DNA of 25,235 nt from a virus (lineage: Duplodnaviria; Caudoviricetes): positions 1 to 25,235 of the IMG/VR virus record IMGVR_UViG_3300005512_000301, one strand, 5' to 3'. Positions 8,851 to 15,557 of the stretch are shown here, piece after piece. The translations under genes and the position numbers were made by a program. The notes below the pieces were generated by a model. The model was not told the DNA's origin. It made no database searches and was given only the letters and a program-made list of their open reading frames with translations. How positions within the stretch are numbered: the first letter of the stretch is position 1; each line of letters begins with the position of its first letter.

Positions 8851-9552
8851 TTAGTAACCATCTTTAAACAATTTGTGTTTTGTTTTTATATAATCTGCCA
8901 CTAAACCACTACGTACTATATCATCTACTTCAAAATAATTAAAATCAAATTGATTTGGTATCATCTCAATGACTTTTAAAAACTTTTCTATGTTCTTCTC
9001 TCCGTTACGTGTGAAGTCTCTTTGTAGCACATCACCACAAAACATAATCTTACAGTTCTTACCTATACGTGTCAGTACACTATCTGCTTCATGTGCTGTC
9101 ATGTTTTGGAATTCATCTACAATAACAATACTATTATCTAACGTCATACCCCTAACAAAAGAAGTTAACATAAACCTAATACCATCATGTTTAGTTAGTA
9201 TGTCATACGCATCATCCCTACCAAACAACTCACTACATACTTTCTTATAAGGAAGTTCATAGACTGCCGCTTTTTCTTTTTCTGTTCCTGGTAAGAACCC
9301 TACATCACGTGTTGGAACTGCTGACCTAATAACAACCACCCTCTTGTAGTCAGAAACACCACTTGAAAGCTCCTTAAATGCGTTATAACAAGCGATAAAG
9401 GTTTTACCAGTACCAGAGTAGCCTAAAAGAAGTTGCGACTTGTCAGAAGCATAATTTGAAAAGAACTTCTCTTGTGTCTCAGTTGCTGGCGTAACATCAA
9501 TAAGTTTTAAATTATTACTAGCAACTACATTATTTTTAGCTTTTCTTGCCAT
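8851..9552 (-). CDS. phoH: PhoH-like ATPase
   Basis: GYSGTGKT, RSAVPTRDVGFLPG, RGMTLDNSIVIVDEFQN, GDVLQRD, DIVRSGLV. Confidence 0.93.
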   Translation of the reverse strand: MARKAKNNVVASNNLKLIDVTPATETQEKFFSNYASDKSQLLLGYSGTGKTFIACYNAFKELSSGVSDYKRVVVIRSAVPTRDVGFLPGTEKEKAAVYELPYKKVCSELFGRDDAYDILTKHDGIRFMLTSFVRGMTLDNSIVIVDEFQNMTAHEADSVLTRIGKNCKIMFCGDVLQRDFTRNGEKNIEKFLKVIEMIPNQFDFNYFEVDDIVRSGLVADYIKTKHKLFKDGY

Positions 9553-9565
9553 ATTTTTACCTTTA

Positions 9566-9838
9566 TTATAACCAACTATCTGGGTAGTCTTTATAGAATG
9601 TCGAGTCTTTTGCTTCTCTCCACCTATCTCTTTCCTTTAATAGTTTTAACCTTTTAACTACTTCTCTTGCCTGTTCTACGCTATCATACGTATCATAATG
9701 TTCATACTCTCTTAAGGGTACGTCCTCTTTACTATATGTATAGTATACACTTGCTGTATTATCGTAGTTAGTAAGTATTACAGCTTTAGTGTTTTTACGT
9801 AACTCCCTAAGTACTTCCTCACTTTCATAATTTTCCAT
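9566..9838 (-). CDS. Hypothetical protein
   Basis: Fills the gap between thyX and phoH; ATG at 9838 (MENYESEEV) avoids overlap, though the ORF is open from 9883. Confidence 0.55.
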   Translation of the reverse strand: MENYESEEVLRELRKNTKAVILTNYDNTASVYYTYSKEDVPLREYEHYDTYDSVEQAREVVKRLKLLKERDRWREAKDSTFYKDYPDSWL

Positions 9839-9858
9839 ATTTTCTTGATTCCATTGAT

Positions 9859-10545
9859 TTATTTGTCTACAAGAGCTGACCAACTCTCAGGAAATAAAGG
9901 TCTAATCACTTTGTCTAGGTCTTCTGCGAACCATTGTGCCTCAAGTTGAGCACCCTCTGCAATACGTTCTTTGTACACATGAGCAAAAGATATTAGATTA
10001 CCTGTCCAATACCAGGAAGTCATCATTGACTGTGGTAGTACCATTCTAGCTTGTTCGGGTGCTACCCCTAAACCCATCAATCCTTTGTAAAGGGTTATCA
10101 TGTCATTGTTAGTCTTTTTCATGCCTTCAATGATACCTGCATTCTGTTCAACAACACCCCCACTCCCTTGCTTGATACTCCCATCAGGTCTGCATCTCCA
10201 TTCATCAGGTACAAAAAACTCAGGTTCACTATCTACATAACGTCTGCTAACCTCATTCCAACTTAAACCTGCTTGATGCTTGCCTAACTGCCTAGCTATA
10301 AAGATAGGGGCATGGCATCTAATCTGTATTTGGTTATGACGAAAAGGCGTCATATGCTTATGTTTAGCTAGGTACTTGATAAGCTTCTCGTCTCTCTCAA
10401 ATAACATTGGGTACTGAGAGCCAACCCCTCGGTCTACCATCTGCCAATCGCTTTGCTTATCAAAACTAACCCTAGCTGAGTTAACTGTCGATAAGTCACT
10501 ACCCATATGGTCAATGTATTCTACTTTAATCTGTTCTCTACCCAT
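9859..10545 (-). CDS. thyX: FAD-dependent thymidylate synthase ThyX
   Basis: MGSDL..VNSARVSF, LIKYLAKHKHMTPF.H, PIFIARQL.KHQ....WNEVSRRY, GVAPEQARMVLPQS, AQLE. Confidence 0.95.
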   Translation of the reverse strand: MGREQIKVEYIDHMGSDLSTVNSARVSFDKQSDWQMVDRGVGSQYPMLFERDEKLIKYLAKHKHMTPFRHNQIQIRCHAPIFIARQLGKHQAGLSWNEVSRRYVDSEPEFFVPDEWRCRPDGSIKQGSGGVVEQNAGIIEGMKKTNNDMITLYKGLMGLGVAPEQARMVLPQSMMTSWYWTGNLISFAHVYKERIAEGAQLEAQWFAEDLDKVIRPLFPESWSALVDK

Positions 10546-10734
10546 CTAGTTTACCTCCATATCTGCATATTCTTCTAACAACTCTTGTAAGTCTTCCAAT
10601 GTTGGTACTAGGATTTTAGCTGTTGCCCATTCATCTTGTTCATCACGTCCACCTACCTCAACCATATAACCATTATCTAGTTTATTAATTGTAAGACTAT
10701 CATCCGCTTTAGCTAGTTTATTTTTAATCATCAT
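10546..10734 (-). CDS. Small acidic hypothetical protein
   Basis: Tightly packed ORF with GAGG RBS; TINKLDNGYMVEV pattern seen in phage hypotheticals. Confidence 0.65.
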   Translation of the reverse strand: MMIKNKLAKADDSLTINKLDNGYMVEVGGRDEQDEWATAKILVPTLEDLQELLEEYADMEVN

Positions 10735-10735
10735 T

Positions 10736-10966
10736 TTAACACCCTCTCATTTCCATTTCTGCCATCATTTTAGACTCAATATAATCATCATATCGCATAT
10801 CTTTTAAGGTAGATATAACATCTACTTCTAAACCATCTAAAAAACTATCTGTGAAATACTCAACATCTATACCCTCAATCGTTAGTAAATCAACATAGCC
10901 ATCAGCTTCATCATATTCAACTGTTATATACATGTCCTGGTACTTTAAATCAATAGTACTATTCAT
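10736..10966 (-). CDS. Small acidic hypothetical protein
   Basis: GAGG RBS 8 nt before ATG 10966 (alternative coupled ATG at 10999); very D/E-rich. Confidence 0.6.
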   Translation of the reverse strand: MNSTIDLKYQDMYITVEYDEADGYVDLLTIEGIDVEYFTDSFLDGLEVDVISTLKDMRYDDYIESKMMAEMEMRGC

Positions 10967-10998
10967 TTTCTTTTCCTCTCTAGTTAGTCCAATATACA

Positions 10999-11214
10999 TT
11001 ACCACTTACCTACAATATTATTGACATTGGTAGTATCTTCAATCTCTTCAATAGAAATCCTACACTTTTTACCCTCAAAAGTCAAAACAATTTCACAGTT
11101 TTCCGCATCAAAGTACGCCTCACCCTCTTCAATCTCTTCGGGGTACACAAAAGCGTCTAAGTCGAAATCAGTTAAATAATCCCAAAGTAGTTCAACACGT
11201 TCATAGTTAGTCAT
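10999..11214 (-). CDS. Small acidic hypothetical protein
   Basis: AAGGA RBS, tight packing, 19 D/E in 71 aa. Confidence 0.65.
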   Translation of the reverse strand: MTNYERVELLWDYLTDFDLDAFVYPEEIEEGEAYFDAENCEIVLTFEGKKCRISIEEIEDTTNVNNIVGKW

Positions 11215-11216
11215 CT

Positions 11217-11426
11217 TTAATTTTCCTTTAATAGTTCCTGTTTAATCCTTTCAATGTATACACTAGCATCCATTAGCTCTTCTTGCAAGTGTGTTAGCCA
11301 TTCATTTAAGTTTAAATCATCTCTTTCAGTAGTAACACCATATTTATTTAAGCCAATATCCGCTCTACTTTTTAACTTTTCCATTACATTAGATACATTA
11401 TTATCTTTAGGTTTATTTATTAGCAT
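11217..11426 (-). CDS. Conserved small phage protein (G..KYG...LQEELMDA..Y), possibly MazG-like helical fold
   Basis: RADIGLNKYGVT.ER.DL...EWL.HLQEELMDASVYIE is a recurrent phage motif; AAGGGG RBS. Confidence 0.6.
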   Translation of the reverse strand: MLINKPKDNNVSNVMEKLKSRADIGLNKYGVTTERDDLNLNEWLTHLQEELMDASVYIERIKQELLKEN

Positions 11427-11704
11427 ACTATCCCCTTATATTTTGATAAATTTTCTGCGTTCCATTGAATGCCTATTATACATAAATAAGACACATTTTA
11501 TTATTTACGTAGTTATTCTCCTTATATTAATACATAAGACTTATATATTATCCCTACGCTTACTTACTGCTAAGGTTAATATATAAATGTTATCTACGTA
11601 TCCCGATATCAACCACGCTGTTTGGCTTCCTAGGGTATCCACCACCACAATCAAAACTTCTAATTGATAGGCTAAGTTTTATACTGCGTTATCAGTTACT
11701 AAAT

Positions 11705-11713
11705 ATTATAACA
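11705..11713 (-). promoter_or_regulatory. Extended -10 sigma70 promoter (TGTTATAAT)
   Basis: Perfect TGnTATAAT at the head of a ~315-bp intergenic region. Confidence 0.5.
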
Positions 11714-11742
11714 TTATATTTAATACAATGTACAGCTATTAT

Positions 11743-11985
11743 TTAACAATTTATATCTGATATATAATACTGCTCTATCCACTTAGAGCCACAATATTGA
11801 CCTAGTTTCTGAACGTATACGCCATCCACTTTAAAAAAATCCCTTTCACCTCCTTCAAACTCTATTGTAGCTAGTTTTTCATTAGCTTGTATACCTAATC
11901 TATAAAATAATACTTTTGTAATTTCAGTCCATTCCCTTTCAAATTCTGTATATCTTACACTATTTAAATCTTTTATAATGTTCAT
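11743..11985 (-). CDS. Early hypothetical protein
   Basis: GAGG RBS, packed behind the first gene. Confidence 0.6.
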   Translation of the reverse strand: MNIIKDLNSVRYTEFEREWTEITKVLFYRLGIQANEKLATIEFEGGERDFFKVDGVYVQKLGQYCGSKWIEQYYISDINC

Positions 11986-11989
11986 GTTA

Positions 11990-12220
11990 CTACCCTCGTT
12001 CCATTACTTCGTTTTCATCTAACCCTATCCATTCACATACAGCCTCAAACTCGAACCAAAACAGGTCATTTAGTTGTGTTTCGTCCATACCCTCTGGATA
12101 GATATCATCTAGTACACTTTCTAACTCATTCAATTCTGTATAAGTTAAATAAGAAGCGTTATCTTTAGCACCACTCCAAAAGTTAAAAGCTGTAAGGTTT
12201 TGTTCTGTTTGAATTTTCAT
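11990..12220 (-). CDS. First early gene: small very acidic protein, candidate DNA mimic/anti-defence
   Basis: 18 D/E vs 3 K/R in 76 aa; FWSGAKD...ET.LNDLFWFE motif recurrent in mobile elements; first ORF after the host promoters. Confidence 0.65.
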   Translation of the reverse strand: MKIQTEQNLTAFNFWSGAKDNASYLTYTELNELESVLDDIYPEGMDETQLNDLFWFEFEAVCEWIGLDENEVMERG

Positions 12221-12255
12221 TTTAATTACTCTCTCTTTTTGTTTGATTCGTGGTC

Positions 12256-12284
12256 AGTATAGTAAAGCTTTTAACTATTGTCAA
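12256..12284 (-). promoter_or_regulatory. Host sigma70 early promoter P2 (TTGACA-17-TATACT)
   Basis: -35 at 12284-12279, -10 at 12261-12256, AT-rich upstream. Confidence 0.85.
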
Positions 12285-12387
12285 GTTTATTTTAACGTTA
12301 ATTACATATTAATAAACTCTCTTATATATAATACCTTTTTAACGTCCTGACTCGGTATGGCAGACTACTTGTATATATAAGAGCGAC

Positions 12388-12399
12388 TTGTTAAAGAAC
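12388..12399 (-). promoter_or_regulatory. boxA antitermination-like element GTTCTTTAACAA
   Basis: Matches rrn/lambda boxA (GCTCTTTAACA) with one C>T change; ~15 nt downstream of the P1 start. Confidence 0.6.
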
Positions 12400-12420
12400 T
12401 TTTCTTGCTTGTTGTGTCCT

Positions 12421-12448
12421 ATTATACAGGGTTGGGCTAGTTTGTCAA
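12421..12448 (-). promoter_or_regulatory. Host sigma70 early promoter P1 (TTGACA-16-TATAAT) with AT-rich UP-like element
   Basis: Perfect hexamers at 12448-12443 and 12426-12421; A/T tract at 12453-12478. Confidence 0.85.
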
Positions 12449-12481
12449 TGACTATATTCAAATTAATTTAAATAATTAGCC

Positions 12482-12671
12482 CAAAGGGAATGACAAAGGG
12501 AATAAGTAATATATATATTGGTGCAATGTTTGCCATATTAAGGTGCAGCAAAGGGCAAAGGGAAACAAAGGGCAAATAAGAACTACTATCAAATGAGAAT
12601 CATTATCAATTAAGAACTATTATCAAATAGGAATCTAATGCAAATGAGAATCATTCTTATTAAGCAAAGGG
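12482..12671. repeat. Dispersed heptamer CAAAGGG x6
   Basis: Exact copies at 12482, 12494, 12549, 12556, 12566 and 12665. Confidence 0.85.
12573..12659. promoter_or_regulatory. Five tandem 17-bp units resembling Fur boxes
   Basis: Units at 12573, 12590, 12607, 12624 and 12641; TGAGAATCATTATCA (12594-12608) matches the 7-1-7 Fur consensus TGATAATnATTATCA at 13/14 specified positions. Confidence 0.7.
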
Positions 12672-12675
12672 ATAA

Positions 12676-12826
12676 GTTGGCACGATTCTTGCTAAGGGCT
12701 TGGCTAAGTAGTACACTAAGTACAATTACTAGGGGCTAGGGTTGGCACACTTCTTGCTAAGGGCTAGAGTTGGCATGATTCTTGCTAGGGCTGGGACTGA
12801 GGCGGGAAGTTGGCATGGTTCTTGCG
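12676..12826 (+). promoter_or_regulatory. Four sigma54 (RpoN) -24/-12 consensus sites in direct repeat
   Basis: TGGCACGATTCTTGCT (12678), TGGCACACTTCTTGCT (12743), TGGCATGATTCTTGCT (12771), TGGCATGGTTCTTGCG (12811); all GG-N10-GC. Confidence 0.78.
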
Positions 12827-12882
12827 GGGGGGCATGGGGGAATTACGTAGCGCGTATAAAGAGAGACACCTCAAAGATTTTT
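12826..12882 (-). other. Predicted start of the direct terminal repeat / left genome end (~12864-12866)
   Basis: Minus strand AAAAATCT..GAG.G..TCTC...TTCCCCCAT (TCTC starts 22-24 nt before TTCCCCCAT) resembles the T7 terminal-repeat start (TCTCACAG...TTCCCCCATAGG, recalled); lies between terL and the early promoters. Confidence 0.6.
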
Positions 12883-13030
12883 GTGTCATTTTTTGAGCCC
12901 TATACTAAGCACCTCCCTAAGAGGGCAGTACACTAGATACTATTTCGGGGGCATTAAGGGAGTATTAGTAATAAGTATACGTAGTAGTATTAATTACTAA
13001 TGAAGTCTTAATAATAGTAGTAGTAATAAT

Positions 13031-13081
13031 AGTAATACGTAAGTATTACTGAACGGATACCTTCGCTATGCTCAGGTATCC
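13031..13081. repeat. Two adjacent perfect 8-bp palindromic stems
   Basis: AGTAATAC-GTAA-GTATTACT (13031-13050) and GGATACCT-N11-AGGTATCC (13055-13081). Confidence 0.8.
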
Positions 13082-13140
13082 TATACTATTACTTATACTA
13101 TACTATAGTATATATAGACGTTTCCCCCAGGAATCTTATT

Positions 13141-13162
13141 CCTATAGTAGTTACTCCTATCA
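13141..13162 (-). promoter_or_regulatory. Candidate phage-RNAP promoter (phiOR-like) TGATAGGAGTAACTACTATA|GG
   Basis: Ends in ACTATA|GG like T7/SP6 promoters, sits right after terL pointing at the terminal repeat; paralogous motif at 8731-8752. Confidence 0.5.
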
Positions 13163-13183
13163 ATTCCCTTTGTATTCATATAG

Positions 13184-14860
13184 TTAGTAGTTATTTATAT
13201 AATTTACTTTAGGTGTATTATAACTACCATATATCTTTTCATTTAAGAACTGTTCCATCCTACTCTTATTAAGCTCATCTATAGTTCTTTCTGTATCAAC
13301 CATAACCATATCCTTAACATATTGACAGGCAATAGCCAAAGCATCTAATCTATCATCATGTGTTAAGGATTGTCTATCTCTAGTCAAGTGTGTAAACTGA
13401 TGTATTAAACTATATACTAAGTTAGTAGGTTCTTGTTGTACCATCTCAGAGTCTTTCTGTATTACATCATAGTTAATAACTAGTTTGTGGTTAGATACTA
13501 AAGGTTCTATGTTTTCTATAATACGTAACTCTTTCTGTCCTTTAACCTTAAAGTCTTCTTCTATAGTACAAGGATATACAGTAGCTATTACTTTACTAAG
13601 TAAGTTATAGAACATACCTCCACCCCAGTTAGCTTCAGGTACAATAGTATTAACTTTATACTCCTTAGCTTTATTAGCAAAGAACATTAGAGCTTCATCT
13701 GAGAAGCCTAAGCGTGTACCACCCACATCTAAGATATATACATACCCATTAAGGACTCCTAGGATTGCGTATGTGGCTTCATCTGTACCTTTACCTGATG
13801 GGTCTATAGACATCATCTTAAAGTCGTAAGGAGCGTACTCTGAGTGCGTTCTAAGAGGCTTATGATAATAGTCACCTGTAAATCCATAGTTAGGTAATTC
13901 TTTAATTACATTATCAGATGAACCAGAGTAAGTAATAGATAGTGGTGCTTCTTCTTTATCAAGAGGATGTACAATTAAATCCTTAAGCTTAAGAGGGAAT
14001 CTCTCAGCATCAGATAATGTAGTATCTAGGTTGTACTGTAACTTGAAGTTAGCAGCTCCCATAAAGCCCCTACGTTCTATTAATACTTCATCTGGGAAAC
14101 GTACCTTATCTGTAGCATCTCCAGGATTACCTTGTTCAAGAATCCAAGGGTCTAGCTTACCATTATACAGCTCAGGCTTCTCAGGTACTTGAGCAGGTAG
14201 TATAGTAGTAGGGTAGGTAAGTTTATTATATATAGTCTCCATAGACTGAGGAGTACCTAGCATTAGTACGCTACTTGGTAAATCAGGTATTAGTAGTGCT
14301 TCAAACTCAGATACCTGTTGTACTAGCTTCTCTCTCATTAATTCAGTAGCTGAGTTAGAAGGTACTTCAACATCATCCCCTAAGATTAATGTAGCACGTC
14401 TACCTGTAATCTGTCCTGTAATACCTACAGCAGCTACAGAAGGAGCAATAGAAGGTTTAGCACCTTGTACATCAAACGCTAGTACACTATCACGATGTTC
14501 ACTAGAAGGTCTAAGGTGATGTAGTAAAGGTACTTCTTCAAACAGTCTACGTACAAAGGTAGCTATCTCAATAGCCTTAACACCAGATGCAGAGATAACT
14601 AATATCTTTTCATCTATATTACGTAATAATCTCCATGTAGTATAGATAGCAGATATCCAAGACTTACCAGTACCACGTGCAGCCTCTAAGATAAGTCTGT
14701 CTGGGTTATCCCCAATAATATCAGCTATCCTATTCTGTAGAGGTGTAGGGCTTGGTAAGTTAATATTAGTATATACATACTCAAGGTACTTTGGAAAGCT
14801 ATTGATTATCTCTGTTAGTTCTTGTCTGTTTAAATTGTTTATTGTTGTTTGTTTTGGCAT
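13184..14860 (-). CDS. terL: Terminase large subunit (T7 gp19-like)
   Basis: Walker A EAARGTGKSWI, GITGQITGRRA.LILGDDVE, LGTPQ, nuclease DPSGKGTDE and HDDRLDALA; AAGGAG RBS. Confidence 0.96.
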   Translation of the reverse strand: MPKQTTINNLNRQELTEIINSFPKYLEYVYTNINLPSPTPLQNRIADIIGDNPDRLILEAARGTGKSWISAIYTTWRLLRNIDEKILVISASGVKAIEIATFVRRLFEEVPLLHHLRPSSEHRDSVLAFDVQGAKPSIAPSVAAVGITGQITGRRATLILGDDVEVPSNSATELMREKLVQQVSEFEALLIPDLPSSVLMLGTPQSMETIYNKLTYPTTILPAQVPEKPELYNGKLDPWILEQGNPGDATDKVRFPDEVLIERRGFMGAANFKLQYNLDTTLSDAERFPLKLKDLIVHPLDKEEAPLSITYSGSSDNVIKELPNYGFTGDYYHKPLRTHSEYAPYDFKMMSIDPSGKGTDEATYAILGVLNGYVYILDVGGTRLGFSDEALMFFANKAKEYKVNTIVPEANWGGGMFYNLLSKVIATVYPCTIEEDFKVKGQKELRIIENIEPLVSNHKLVINYDVIQKDSEMVQQEPTNLVYSLIHQFTHLTRDRQSLTHDDRLDALAIACQYVKDMVMVDTERTIDELNKSRMEQFLNEKIYGSYNTPKVNYINNY

Positions 14861-14894
14861 ATATCTCCTTTAAATCAAATCCTAGGGGTCTCTA

Positions 14895-14950
14895 AGAAGA
14901 GTTCTTCCATAAAGGTATACTAGTGCATACCTCTACAGGAGAAGTCCTCT
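14895..14950 (-). promoter_or_regulatory. Long RNA hairpin, probable RNase III processing site upstream of terL
   Basis: ~26-bp stem with 4-nt loop ACTA; several pairs work as G-U only on the coding (minus) strand. Confidence 0.65.
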
Positions 14951-14960
14951 CTATGAGCTT

Positions 14961-15557
14961 CTATTGCTTTCTTTCAAAGATAGAAGACATTTCTGAGATG
15001 TTTAATACATCTGCTGCGTTTTCTTTTTTACTTTGTACAATTAAAGTAAAGTTACCTCCAGCATGAACAACTGGTTTAGTATAAGAAACTACTTCTAAAT
15101 CTGTAATATCTTTAACTTCTTTTCTAATCTCTAGCCAGTTACTTCCACCATCAGTACTAAATCTAAAGAATGAAGAGGTGTTAGTATTATTTAAAGAGAA
15201 CACCATACTTAAAGTTAACGTATAAGTACCAGCAGCTAGGTTAGCATATGTAGCATTAATAATATCTTCATATGTATCACCTACTACATTTCTATTACTG
15301 ATAGCCTCATAGTTAAAAGAATGGAAACCTTGTAAAGTTTCTACGTCTGTTTCTAAAGATGATAGGCTTAAGTCTAACGCTGTTGTTGCTGTATCTAAAG
15401 AGTTAATCTCTGATTCAGCAGTAGTTAGTCTAGTATCAAGAGAGTTTACAGCAGATAACTCAACCTTAGAATCGTTTAGGTTACTGAAGTTATCGTTTAG
15501 TGTTTGTCTAAAAGACAGTCCAGTAACACCATTGTTTAGTGTATTAATTGTAGCCAT
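14961..15557 (-). CDS. Putative virion fibre/decoration protein (coiled coil plus beta-rich C-terminal domain)
   Basis: N-terminal RQTLNDNF anchor-like motif, heptad-rich middle, alternating beta-strand C-terminus; TAATG-coupled to terS. Confidence 0.5.
   Translation of the reverse strand: MATINTLNNGVTGLSFRQTLNDNFSNLNDSKVELSAVNSLDTRLTTAESEINSLDTATTALDLSLSSLETDVETLQGFHSFNYEAISNRNVVGDTYEDIINATYANLAAGTYTLTLSMVFSLNNTNTSSFFRFSTDGGSNWLEIRKEVKDITDLEVVSYTKPVVHAGGNFTLIVQSKKENAADVLNISEMSSIFERKQ

Noticed and set aside
11590-11700. tRNA or hammerhead ribozyme in the GC-richer intergenic island
   Set aside because: No TTC-loop or cloverleaf; CTGATAA does not match CUGANGA and no GAAA core follows.
12521-12535. 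Minus-strand TGGCAAACATTGCA as a fifth sigma54 site
   Set aside because: GG-GC spacing is 8, not the required 10.
12573-12826. Repeat arrays as a CRISPR or mini-CRISPR array
   Set aside because: The 17-bp units have no spacers; the sigma54 repeats have irregular gaps and internal variation; no cas genes.
12742-12936. + strand 64-aa ORF across the sigma54 repeats
   Set aside because: TTG start inside a repeat, no RBS, translation mirrors the DNA repeats, and it crosses the predicted genome end.
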